Below, in pieces: positions 11,204-22,221 of a stretch of 33,000 bases of DNA (position 1 is the first letter of the stretch; the number at the start of each line of letters is the position of its first letter). Where the stretch lies: positions 4,247,001 through 4,280,000 of the forward strand of contig CM119376.1 in the NCBI GenBank assembly GCA_051294905.1. The letters are read 5' to 3'. Origin of the DNA: Botryllus schlosseri (taxonomy: Eukaryota). The notes under the pieces are model-generated. The model saw only the letters and a program-made list of their open reading frames with translations, did no database searches and was not told the DNA's origin. A program made the translations under genes and the position numbers.

Positions 11204-11956
11204 CATGGGCGGCCAACCCAACCCATGGCCCGCAAGGTAATTGCCGAAATTAGTAATATGTAAAAAAAAATCAATTATCCAGGTAATTTATTATGAGCTT
11301 GCAAAGGCAACCAAAAATTTGATTAGCCTGATCGCGAAATTTAGGATGTTGATGACTGAGGCATCAGTTATACGACACATAGGCGTAGCCACGGGCCACC
11401 CACAATTTACTTCGATCTTCGTATATGACCATAAAGTACAGTAAATCAAGACATATTTATTGGACTTGAAATTTTTCTCAGCACTCCGCTCGATTTCTGG
11501 CTTTTAGTATGGGTAACCCAAATACGATCAGAATACTGAAGTGAGCCTAACTATAATCGCAATTACGAGAGAACGTGTCGTCCAACATGCGACTTCGCGA
11601 CTGCACTGGCAGAAAGTTCGTCAGCGATAAAACCTTTGTCGAAGCGCCGAATTAATCCTGTCCTTGCCAAATGAGCGTAGCGGTTGACAAAGGCGACCCA
11701 CAATATATGCAAGTAACAATATTATCGACCAAATTCATTCATTAACTTTGAATATTTTTCCTTTAGAGCAGCTAGGAGATTTCATGAAATAATAGTTATT
11801 GATTTTGATGCGCAGTAAGTCTTTTTTCACCGTTAACTAATCCTTTTCACTCTTATCGGACGACTAAAAAGGTCATCAACATTCAAGTGGCACGCGCAAT
11901 GGTTCGTATATCGTATGTGGCCCACTGGCCGAGAAGGTTGGCCCTGGCCACTCCTG
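11204..11956. mobile_element. Non-autonomous hAT element in protease intron 6
   Basis: Ends CATGGGCGGCCAACC / GGTTGGCCCTGGCCACTCCTG; subterminal TGGCCC motifs; flanks gcctacat / tcctaaat (6/8). Confidence 0.65.
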
Positions 11957-12016
11957 TCCTAAATCAATTGCTATCGCAATCTTGTGGTGTATTGATTTTA
12001 TTTAAATTTTAATAAA

Positions 12017-12310
12017 ATGATGATGATGATGATGAATGATGAATGGCTATCAGTGGTTCACTGAGCCAGTCTCAGGGTTCCACTGCAGGGCGGGACACAC
12101 TCAATCCTTACATATAATATGCAGGGCGGGACACACTCAATCCTTCCATACAATATGTGATAACACGAAATCGAATCCCTTCATTCTGAAATGCCGGATC
12201 TCCAATATTTATCAGCTCATTTGCAAACAGGCAACTTTTATCATGCTGTTGCGTTTCGTCCGAACAAAACGAAGGCACTTTCTGAGGAGAAGTCTCGTAT
12301 TTCTAACTGT
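12017..12310 (-). mobile_element. 3' end of a LINE (L2/Daphne/Crack-like) with (CAT)n tail
   Basis: (CAT)n microsatellite tail, a 3' hairpin CAGTGG..CTGAG..CTCAG..CCACTG (12051-12085), an upstream peptide RNTR...RTKRNSMI resembling LINE ORF2 C-termini, and a 36-bp-period internal duplication (12085/12121). The clade call is tentative. Confidence 0.55.
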
Positions 12311-13105
12311 CTCTGAAGAGGTATAGCTGACGGCTGACTGGTTTGCAATTAATATAGATTATGTTTTCGTACTGGGTGAAACTCATAGTTTAATTGTGTT
12401 GTTCCTAAGACCTTGTAGACGTAGGCCTGCAGCTCATTTTGTGCACCAGTAATGTATTAGATGTGTGGTGAGATGTGTAATATGGTAGACTTTCGTTTTT
12501 GAGACTGGAAAGTTCGGGCCCCCGAAGGCTCGCGGATTAGCGTTAGGGTTCGTCGGGTTATCAAAGGTGAGGAACCACTGACCAAAATTATTGTCGTGAG
12601 ACGAATTCGCAGCCATGTGCTTTCTTACAGAAACACAAAATGTTTGGAAATAAATCGTACTCTTAAGAGAACCCAAAAGATGGTACACGATAAAAGAACC
12701 TCTCAGAATTAAGTAGGCCTAACCCGGTTCTGGGGCCGCCATCGAATAGTCCACCGGACTTGTAAGAGACTGGACAGTATTCCCTTATTTCTGTGTTTAA
12801 TTTAATTACTATACGGTTTTAGCATATCATCATTATCAGTCGGCGTTTGTCGTTCTCTGTTATTCAATCGCTATAGCTTGGTTCTTCTGGTTGATTCATA
12901 TTGTAATGTAAATCATTATTGTTATAAACCCTGCGCGCATAGTTTCGTACGTTATCCCTTCGTACTCCATTTGTGTTTATTCCAATCTGTCAAGCATCAT
13001 TTGGATGAAAATGCCGTGTTAGATTTATAGCGCGGTACGAATCTGAGTCTGTTTTCGTGCATCACATTTTGGGTGTGTATCTTCTCGCTCAGAGTTTATA
13101 CTTAC

Positions 13106-13249
13106 TTTGCAAGGAACATCGAGTGGAATCCCTTGCGAGTCATTTCTGACAGGCCTTGTGCTTTTGATCTTGTCACAGATATTGTAATTAACGTCGTACT
13201 TCATTCGTTTGTACCTCCTTTGGCAGGATGTCGGATCCTCCAACTCTAC
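13106..13249 (-). CDS. Serine protease exon 6
   Basis: ttcaag|VELEDPTSCQRRYKRMKYDVNYNICDKIKSTRPVRNDSQGIPLDVPCK|gtaagt. 144 nt, phase 0-0, contains the Cys168/182/191 equivalents. Confidence 0.88.
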
Positions 13250-13318
13250 CTTGAATCCCAGGAATCGCGAGTTTGACGGTGCTGAATGCGTGTAATTGAA
13301 GGTATGATGGGTGCTTAC

Positions 13319-13483
13319 GTTTAATGCAATATACTGAAGCTTGTGTTTACCTAGAATGTTTTCGTTTTCTTCCGCTTTTGAGATCACGCCCCACCCACCA
13401 TAATAACAGGTTCGGCTTTCCATCGGTACTACGTTGGGGTTTGGTAGACAAACTGGATTTTCGTGATATCTCAGTAACGGAAC
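13319..13483 (-). CDS. Serine protease exon 5
   Basis: aatag|VPLLRYHENPVCLPNPNVVPMESRTCYYGGWGVISKAEENENILGKHKLQYIALN|gtaagc. 165 nt, phase 0-0, with PVCLP and GWG motifs. Confidence 0.9.
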
Positions 13484-13550
13484 CTATTCACAAAAAGGCA
13501 ATTCGCCATATAGTTCAGGTCAAAGTTCACGATCGACAATATGTCGTCAC

Positions 13551-14410
13551 CAGAGGTGGTCAGTAAAGAAGTACTTCTACTTTTTTTAAGTACTCAAGTA
13601 GTTTTCGCTACTTGGGTACTTACTCAAGTAGATCTAATTTACCGCTACTTCGACTTCGTAATATTTCGTGATCTACCTACTTACATTTCGCTATTTTCAG
13701 TTAGTCGAGTAGAAGTAGTTTAATCCTCTAATCAGGAAGATAGCCTGAGGAATTTCGGGGCTGTTTTCACTGAGTATCAACATAAAAGTTGAGTAACGCC
13801 CAGAATTTTCGTCGCGCTTCGCGCACAGTGGATATGGAGTAACCAATATGATTTCACGAAAGTATCGGTGACTATAACTAAAATAGCGCGTTGCGTGGTT
13901 CCGTTCACACAGCATTGTCGCCCATATGAAATATTTTAACACCGTAAGCCTACATATGGCCCATCATAACGTTTGAAAGTGATGTTTCGCAATCTAGCAT
14001 TTACTTATCGTATCGTAATCTAGCAGTCCATGGCGTGTCCTAATCTGGAAAAGTGGTCTCCGACTTCATTTTAGCTTTAGTTCTGATTTAGCATACCGTC
14101 TTCGAAACTTTCTGGGCAAAAGACATGGAATACATTTTCCGCATTTAGAAGTAGTATTTATATTTCTTTTTCATTTCCCAGTATCGTACTTTGAGTTCGA
14201 ATTAGTTTCAGTTCCTTTGTATAGAGGACATACATATCATACAGCAACTAATACAGAGATGTAACTTACAAATTTTCTCATTACACACTGTACTGATTAC
14301 AAGCACACACATTCTCACTACTAGTAAACATTGGTTAGAAACGAAATTTAGGAAGTAGTGAAATAGCATATATGTCTAGTCTATATGCATTTACTCAAGT
14401 ATTCGAGGAC
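13551..14410. mobile_element. Degenerate hAT-type element with TACTCAAGTA repeats, protease intron 4
   Basis: Left end CAGAGGTGG followed by repeated TACTCAAGTA; the same motif recurs near 14390-14400. The right TIR is not seen. Confidence 0.5.
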
Positions 14411-14479
14411 TAGAACATGCAGTCTTTCTTAATCATTTGTTTAAAGATATCTTTCAAAGCAATTGTTTTGGTAATACAG

Positions 14480-14660
14480 AAGTTGGAGTCGGAGTCAGGG
14501 TCCTTTACGCAAACTCCGACTCCAGTCAGTATTTTTTCCACGACTCCGACTCCAGCCACTATAGTTTTCACGAATCCGGCTCCAAGGCGTGCTAAAAGAG
14601 ACTCCGACTCCAGCAAGCGAGAATTAGCCGAACTCCGACTACACCGACTCCACAGCCCTG
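14480..14660. mobile_element. Right end of a hAT MITE with ACTCCGACTCC repeats
   Basis: Repeated ACTCCGACTCC units ending in GACTCCACAGCCCTG; explains the spurious ORFs 14410-14667 and 14417-14722. Confidence 0.7.
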
Positions 14661-14936
14661 TCAGCAAGTTATATAGATGTCAGTCGCAGTTGTGTCTGGA
14701 CTTTCCTTTCATGCCTAAATAATTGATCCAGCAGATCGCTGTGATTTCGACAATTTATAAATTTAATACTGCAGTCGTATCCGCTTAATTTGGGCACCGT
14801 ATAACCTGGACATGATACAAAATTGCAGTACAAAGAAAGGGTATAGTAAGGACTCTCACGTACGGGTTGGTTAACCCTACAGATCAAGCACCACCGCGAC
14901 ATACAGTAAGGGAAGTGAAGGGGTTCAAATTCTTAC

Positions 14937-15120
14937 CGACAATCTCAACAAAGCGATGTCATTCTTTTTCACGGCGCTGTCGTACGCTGGATGCAAAAAC
15001 AGCTCTTTAATCTCCGCGAAAGAATCAGTAATTCCTCTCACAACTTCCCAGTCGGGACGACCGCGAATAACCACTCTTTGTTGCCAAACATGATATGCAT
15101 TATGTAAGCCAACCGTCCAA
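14937..15120 (-). CDS. Serine protease exon 4, with catalytic Asp
   Basis: gtaaag|T-WTVGLHNAYHVWQQRVVIRGRPDWEVVRGITDSFAEIKELFLHPAYDSAVKKNDIALLRLS|gtaaga. 184 nt, phase 2-0, missed by the ORF track. Confidence 0.9.
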
Positions 15121-15136
15121 CTTTACGCGAGATGAT

Positions 15137-15593
15137 CAGACTTGTGCAAACTAATGGTTTTAGTATAGTGCTAGATCTAGTTCTGGTTCGGATTTTTGAA
15201 AAGTGAGTAGTTCTAATTGCGTAATATTTCGAAAAGCCAGTATAGTTCTAATTCTACTTCTAGGTGTCCATTAACACAAATTAGTTGCCAAACAACTAGA
15301 AAACACGTGTCGACGGTTATCGTGAATCGCGATACCGCTGCTTCAGTTCTTGCAGTCACGTATACTAGAGGCGTATAGGCAGAGGGTGGGTACTGGGTAT
15401 GGGGTCGGAACCCCGTCCCTTTGAAATGCGAATTTTATATCCAGTATTAATTAGCTAATTTGCACATCAGTAATTGTAGTTGCTTCGGAATTGAATTTAG
15501 TTGTGTTGTGTTGTAGTTAGTTAGTTGCGGTCGTTAGTTCTAGTTCTAGTTCTAGTTGCACATTTTGAGAATTCAGTAGTTTGCCCAAGTCTG
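15137..15593. mobile_element. MITE (CAGACTTGG family) filling most of protease intron 3
   Basis: TIRs CAGACTTGTGCAAACTA / TAGTTTGCCCAAGTCTG; flanks gagatgat / gatattat (6/8); nested GC-rich fragment at about 15365-15430. Confidence 0.8.
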
Positions 15594-15607
15594 GATATTA
15601 TACTTAC

Positions 15608-15845
15608 TTCAAATACCTATTGTCGTTCACGCAATGCAAGGCCGTTAGTCCCCAACGCGAGCTTATCATAGCTCCCCCACAAATACTTAGGACTCGCCTT
15701 ATTTTCGTAACGTTGTTTCGGAGAAGATAGTTCCTTTCTGCTAATTTCGCGATGGATAATGAGGTCTCGGATTTGTTGGGATTGAGAATCGCAATACTTA
15801 TCATCCAATGCGGGACTAGAGCATAGATAGATACGATTAGTGATC
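15608..15845 (-). CDS. Serine protease exon 3, with catalytic His
   Basis: atcag|GSLIVSIYALVPHWMISIAIL...ICGGAMISSRWGLTALHCVNDNRYL|gtaagt. 238 nt, phase 1-2. In-phase alternatives exist: acceptor at 15815, donor at 15617. Confidence 0.85.
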
Positions 15846-15888
15846 CTGATATATGCATAAAGCAACTGATATTCCGATAAAGATTTAC

Positions 15889-16017
15889 CTCTAGGCAGCT
15901 TCTTTATTGACACATCACCGCAGTTGTACCGTAAATATCTCGCTTCTTTGCGATCTGGCTCGGTGAGCCTTGCTTCATCCATTTTGGGCAACGCGCCGAA
16001 GTAGAAATCAATGACTT
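15889..16017 (-). CDS. Serine protease exon 2 (pro-region with the Cys1 equivalent)
   Basis: gttcag|EVIDFYFGALPKMDEARLTEPDRKEARYLRYNCGDVSIKKLPR-G|gtaaat. 129 nt, phase 1-1. Confidence 0.78.
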
Positions 16018-16110
16018 CTGAACAGCATATATGAATGCATACGAACGGATTTTGTCTCAACGAAGAACTTGGTATGGTTCTTTTAATTGGTACTACTCAG
16101 GCATAATTAT

Positions 16111-16628
16111 CAGTGTTGGGTTGACTCGAGTCATGACTTACAGCTTAGGTTGTCGTAAACTAGTAGTAAAGAAATTTAATAGCAAAATGTATCAATTTGT
16201 AAAGGGGTATGTATTGCATCTTATCAATTCGTTTCTCTATTCTCTATTCTCTATTTTGGCTGGTAACTATAAACTGAGGCTATGCAATTACTTACGTAGT
16301 TCAGCAGTTCTACATATATGTGGGCGATACAGCGCCTTCTTGCGTGTACATTTAACTCTTTATACGTTCATCGGTTCGGAATCAATTACCAATCAATCTG
16401 TATTTCAGACAGCTCGCAAAATGCAATGACGTAATCATGCCTCATACTTTGAAAAGGCAACTTGACTTGACTTGACTCGACTTGACTCGAGTCACCTCCA
16501 AAAATCGAGTGACTTGACTTGACTCGAGTCACCTTCGAAAATCGATTGAATTGACTTGACTCGAGTCAAAATGTGCACTGACTCGAATTGACTCGTGACT
16601 CGAAGGTAGTGATTTGATCCCAACACTG
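16111..16628. mobile_element. hAT MITE, deletion derivative of the 7459-8365 element
   Basis: TIRs CAGTGTTGGG / CCCAACACTG; perfect TSD ATAATTAT; interior matches about 7780-8365. Confidence 0.93.
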
Positions 16629-16636
16629 ATAATTAT

Positions 16637-18323
16637 TAGGGATGGTGTGGACGTGAGGTTCACGTTCGCGTTCTGTGTGTGAGCCTCAGGCGTTTAGAGA
16701 TTCCAGTTCACAAACGAACCTTGGTAAATTCTGCACTGTGGACCGTTTTCATAGATTGCTATATCAGGTCATTATAACATCTTTGGTTGACATTCTTTGC
16801 ATTTCAACTTCGGCCCACTCTATGCATGGCGCTGGCAGCACAATAAAATCAACAATAAACGAGCATATGCACCATCCCAATCTCGAAACTTTTACTTTCT
16901 TTGTTACAAAAGCTTGCTCGAAATAGCCAGTTTTACGCTTGTGAATATTTAGTGACTCTCTGCTGTCCGCTTGACCCGCAATCACACAACATCAAGAGCG
17001 AAATACGCTACATGTAAGTATAGTCAGTGAATGGTGTTTATTCATTATATATTCAACCAATCAATAAAATTTATGTAAAGAACACAGCGTTGTCTAATGT
17101 AACAGATCTAGCAGGAGTATACGGGATCAATCTTGATTTGATATGTAGCCTATATTGTACCATAAAACCAAATCCGTGCGATTGCGGTGTTGGCTACTGT
17201 ATAAACTTGTTAATGGAGTAATAGAGTATAGCAAGTATAGAAACCCGTTTTACGCTCTGCTTAATATTAATATAGCAATAGTCAGACGCCCAATACATTA
17301 TCCGGTCTGGCTTAGACAGTTAAGGCGCTAGCGAACTTGAACCTTTCAGAGGTTCACACTAGGGATGGTGTGATCCTCTGAAAGGTTCAGGTTCGTGTGA
17401 ACGCGAACCTCATGGCGTCATATTGATAAGTCCCACCCTAAATTTCCGTGAAGTGATAGCCTATATTATTGTACACGATGCCTAGCGACGATTCGGGCCA
17501 CATAATGCCAGAATGCTGAAGTACATATTGACGTTTCAAACGTCGCCAAATGTATCAACTGGGTCAATCAAATGATATAATAATCCCATAAAATCAATAT
17601 CTTGCGTCGCTTTGCCAACTATTTCGACGAGGACTTGCAAGGGGATATAAGCTTACGCCTTAACGGCCTGGGCCAGACCGGACAATGTATTCGGCATCTG
17701 AGTATTGCTACGTTGATATTGATCACAGCATAAAACGGGTTTCTATACTTGCTACCGATATTATACCCGTAAACGTTATACAGCAGTAGCCAAGCCAACA
17801 CACCAATCGCACGGATTTGATTTTTATGATACAATAAACATATGAAATCAAGATTAACCCCGTACGCCTGCTAGATTTTTTACATCACACAACGACATTA
17901 ATTTCATTGAAATGGTTGAATAAGCATCATTCGCTGACTACATATTTCGATCCGGATGTTGTGTGATTGCGGGTCAAGCTCACAGCAGCGGGTAACCGAA
18001 TAATCACAATCGGAAAGCTGGAGATATCGAGCAAACTTTTGTATCAAAGTTAATATATTTTAGATTGTCATGGTGCATGCTCGTTTAGTGTTGATATTTT
18101 TATGCTACCAGCGCCATGCATAGAGTGACCCGCAGTTGAAATAAATTTCAATCAACGATGTTATAATGAAATCAAAATTGTAACGTATCGAAAAGGTTCA
18201 CAGTGCAGCTGCAGAACCTTCCAAGGTTCGTTTGTGAATGTGAACCTCTAAATTTCTGAGGTTCACACACAGACGCGAACGTGTACCTCATGTTCACACC
18301 CACCCTGGTTCACACCATCGCTT
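16637..18323. mobile_element. hAT element A (TAGGGATGGTGTG family), its right TIR split by element B
   Basis: Left TIR TAGGGATGGTGTGGAC at 16637. The right TIR reads GTTCACAC (17352-17359), then element B, then GTTCACAC-CATCGCTT (18308-18323). Confidence 0.75.
17360..18307. mobile_element. hAT element B, same family as A, opposite orientation
   Basis: TIRs TAGGGATGGTGTGATC / GTTCACACCCACCCTG; perfect 8-bp TSD GTTCACAC; reverse complement of about 17660-18307 aligns with 16637-17330. Confidence 0.85.
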
Positions 18324-18455
18324 TATTACTGATAGCTCTGAATAAGCTAGCAAATTAGCCCAAGTGTTCCCCGGGTTAGCAAAGATTATTATATTCGCGA
18401 CTCCTACACATCTACAAATAATCTTTTATATCGTGAACGGTCCGTGGACAGTGGA

Positions 18456-18728
18456 CATATGAGCATGCGACATTATGGCATGCGACAATTGGACATATGA
18501 CACATGAGCATATGGGTTAAATTTAGGTTAGGGGTGGGTTAGGGTTGAATTTAGGCTTGGGATAGGGTAAGGCTTGGGGTTAGGATTTATAAAGCGGTTC
18601 ATCCCAGGGTTATGTTTCGGGTTAGGGTTGGTTTTGGGGTTATAAAGTCACATGCTGAAGTGACGCATGCTAAAGTGTGACATGCTCAATTGTCGTTTTC
18701 CATTGTATCGCATGCTCATGCTCATATG
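18456..18728. repeat. MITE-like element with inverted ends and a degenerate (TTAGGG)-like core
   Basis: Ends CATATGAGCATGCGA / TCGCATGCTCA(TGCTCA)TATG; interior about 18514-18640 made of GGGTTAGGG/TTAGG-like units. Confidence 0.65.
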
Positions 18729-19205
18729 GCGGGCAACCATCATGAACTTGTTAGTTTTGATGAGTATACCGACGGGTTTGGCCAGAAGAATTGAGAATAT
18801 ACTCGTCAGATAGCTGATCAGTGGTCACATGTATTGATGTTGGACATTGATGAAACTAGCAACGTGTCAGTGCAGACAAGTTCGATGAGTAGGCGATTCC
18901 CATGAAACTCATATACCATACAGAGTTCTGTTTCTTCTAGTGACGCTACGGCAGTCACCAGAGTGAGTTGCAAAGTGAGCCTACCGACACACTGGCAAAC
19001 TGGCATGCTAGCTTATTGGGAGATTTAAACGTCACAACGCCAGTGCTTACTAGTTTCCAACCTGAAGAGTCGAGCGCGTCTTCTTTACCGGGAGAGAAGG
19101 CTTCGATATTATTCCCTTGACTCTTCTGATGCATTGCGACTATACACACTGATAGAAATAAGTTGGTTTGTCATCCACGTACCACGATAATATACCTGAC
19201 CTGAC

Positions 19206-19317
19206 CTGAGACAACAGAAACCACCAGTGCAGTAAGCATAAGGACTCCAACAACACGAAGCGATGTCGTTCTGGGGCGGATGTATTTGTTCATCTTCACT
19301 ATTCGGTTCACTTCCAT
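19206..19317 (-). CDS. Serine protease exon 1 (signal peptide or type II signal-anchor)
   Basis: MEVNRIVKMNKYIRPRTTSLRVVGVLMLTALVVSVVS-G|gtcagg. 112 nt, basic N-terminus then a hydrophobic stretch; the phase 1 donor matches exon 2. The joined CDS is 1170 nt (389 aa) with no internal stop. Confidence 0.7.
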
Positions 19318-19540
19318 TGTAGATCTAGCTTATTTGACCATAGATAACTAACCTACGGTAACTTAGTTATCTATAAATTGACAGTCGGTTCCGGTCACTA
19401 CTACAACTCTTCACTGAACTGATTGCCTAATCATGGAAAACTGATCTGGATACCGGTAGGTGACCGTGACCAGTAATATTCGCAATTTCGTTAGTGACGT
19501 AATAATGTAGTGTAATATTGAGAGGCGCATGTAATAATAA

Positions 19541-20160
19541 TAAATTAAAATAATGATCAAGCCCTGATCCACCTAGAATCTGTCCTCCAAGTTTGAAATA
19601 TCGGCATTGTTCAGAACAATCGGGTAACCGTAACACAATGGCTATAACAATGACCCGTTGCGACTCTCCGATTGTTCGAACAATGCCGATATTTCAGACT
19701 TGGAGGACGGATTCTAGGTGGATCAGTGCCTGATCATTATTTTAATCTATATTTTCGGAATCGGTGCAACAGTAGCTTTCGATCAAGACTAGATTCAATA
19801 ATTTCTGCGCTCGGGAAGATAGCTTTTGGATTGCCAGAAATCCTACAGTCGCTTACGCAAAACAATTCTCCACTCCACCCTCGGTGAAGCGGAACGAAGC
19901 TGCAAAATCGGTCTATATAAATTAATCACTGTACGCGACCGATTTTGCAGCTTCGTTCCGCTTCGCTGAGACTGGGGTGGAAAATTGTTTTGCGTAAGCG
20001 ACCGTAGGATTTCTGGCAATCCAAAAGCTATCTTCCCGAGCGCAGAAATTATTGAATCTGGTTTTGATCGAAAGCTACTGTTGCACCGATTCCGAAAATA
20101 TAAATTAAAATATTGATCAGGCACTGATCCACCTAGAATCTGTCCTCGAAGTCTGAAATA
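19541..20160. repeat. Compound foldback (two overlapping inverted repeats)
   Basis: Arms 19690-19913 / 19937-20160 (224 bp, about 13 mismatches by eye, 23-nt spacer) and arms 19541-19623 / 19668-19749. Confidence 0.9.
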
Positions 20161-20892
20161 TTTTTTATCATTTATTTTTATAGAATAAATAGAAACTTTC
20201 TTCTCCTGTAGCAAAGCGGTTACTGGCAGGAACTGAACCAAGTTTCGTGTGTAGGCTTAAATTAGGTAACCTAACAATTTTATCAAGTAGCCAGTACGAT
20301 TTGAGAAAAAAAATCATTTTTGAAGAGCCCTACTGTACAGTGTGCAGTGTACACAGTCGGCTAAAAGCAGCGTAATTGGTAGTCCTATAGCTGGCGCCCC
20401 GTGAGCTGAAATTTAATTAAACTGGTCTCAATCAAAGCTAGTGTCGCGCTGATTCCGAATACGTTAACATGGCAATGGAACCACTTCAAAATAGTCGTCA
20501 AGGCCGATTGTTCCTAACAATCGGAGCGCCGCAACACAACACAATGATCAGTTGACCATGATATTGGAAATTATATCGAGTGATTATTCGAAAAAATGCC
20601 GATTTTCAAACCAGCATTTAAATTGTATTTCCGGAATCAGGGCAACTATAGCTTTCGATTAAGATCAGTATTGTTAAATTTTAGCGCTCGGAGGGCCTGG
20701 CCAACTATAGGATGAACATGATCAATGGCCATTGACCAATTATGCTACTTTTAGCTGTCTCAGCAGTAGGCTTGTCTGGGTATTCAAGTGTGACAACTAA
20801 GTGGCACATCTATCCGCAGGTTAGTGATCTATACTTTAGGTTACGATTTGGTAAAGCAGACCGAGATAGCTGTGACCGAGATAGCTATGCAG

Positions 20893-21520
20893 ACCGAAAA
20901 CTTCGTCATATAGGCCTATACAAAATACATGTAGGTTTAATTGTCCATAGGCGCTTAAATGACTGGAGTCGAATGTTCCTGTCTTGGCAATCTGAACCTC
21001 ACAAGACAGATACCACCCGCATGGAAAAATTATAAGCCACTGCAAAAATAACAATTTCAAATCTTGTGGTCTTATAGTTTAGTACGTTTGGGCGATTATA
21101 TATTTCTATATAGCAGACAGGAATTCGCGAAATAACATTAGGCCTACGTAACGAAGTCATACCAACGGATCCGCCCGCCCGAAGATGTTTAATTATTATT
21201 GACGAGTCCTACCTTTTCAAACACACCTCACTCAACTCTACCGGTAAATCAGATTAGGTGAGCAGAGAGAGGATAAAAATTGATAGCAATATATATGCAA
21301 TTCCCCGTCATAATGACCGGTTCAATCATGAATAATATAAATAGGCGAGTAAAGCTGACTATCAGGAATGGACACACAATGTAGACGAAAAGTAGCGATA
21401 AACAGCGAATAGCGTGAGGGGGGTCTGGGGGGCGAGCCCACCAGAAGTTCGGTTTATCACCCTACGGGGGGCAAGACCAACGTTTTGGGGGCCTGACGAA
21501 GTGCTGTTACGGCCCTGGGT
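20893..21520. repeat. Interspersed repeat, inverted copy at about 27970-28620
   Basis: Shared blocks such as ctctaccggtaaatc(a/t)gatta(g/c)gtgagcagagagaggataaaaa and ggcaatctgaacc.cacaagaca. Confidence 0.8.
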
Positions 21521-21859
21521 CTACTTAGGGGGCGGCATTTTGAGCGAGAGCCAGGGGCGGCAGCGCATGCTGCTACGCCAGTGCTTGTGACTCGGAGCCT
21601 TGTGACATGGTTACAGCCCTGAGGCTACATATGTGGTCGAAATGCGGCCGTGAATAGTAAAAAGGTTGGCTACCCCTGCCCTAACGCAATTGAGAAAGCC
21701 GTGCCTAGGTGATAGCATTGTACCGTTCTAAAGTCGTGCCCTTCTTGCCTGCCCTGTCGTGAATAACCAATTATTTTTTATCATACTTACACCACCCATA
21801 TATTTCTATAAAAATGCAATGCTGTATAACGGAACGTGTTAGCGATAGAATCTATATAG

Positions 21860-22221
21860 CAGTGGTTCCCAACCTTTTTCGACTCATCGCCCTCTTATCA
21901 TTCTCGACACAAAATCACCAAAAAGGTCATTTCTCTCTCGACCTATTTTTTCGCGTCATATGCGCAATAAGCAGTCTTCACGTGCATTTTTTGGCCGTGA
22001 TAGTTGAATATATCTCACCGGACGTTCTAACATTCTCTCCCCCTATCGCCCTCCAGTCGCCCCCCTTGGTATTACTATAGATTACCAACCTAGTAATCTA
22101 TGGCCTAGTATGGACGATTCTCACCGCTTTAGCGCCCCTTGTGAAGGGATGGCGGCCGCCGCCCACTTGTTTATCAAAATCGCCCACTGGGGGGCGATAT
22201 CACCCACGTTGGGAACCACTG
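21860..22221. mobile_element. hAT MITE (CAGTGGTTCCCAAC family)
   Basis: Perfect TIRs CAGTGGTTCCCAAC / GTTGGGAACCACTG with subterminal ATCGCCC repeats; weak TSD. Confidence 0.8.

Noticed and set aside
14669-14902. ORF with QPVRESPY as a possible protease exon after NDIALLRLS
   Set aside because: Its phase does not match the donor; exon 13483 fits in phase and supplies PVCLP and GWG.
19040-19140. Plus-strand peptide PT*RVERVFFTG resembling the hAT dimerisation motif
   Set aside because: Too short and interrupted by stops to support.
20742-21060. Two ORFs with signal-peptide-like starts
   Set aside because: They largely overlap an interspersed repeat and have no compatible downstream exons; exon 19317-19206 fits the protease better.
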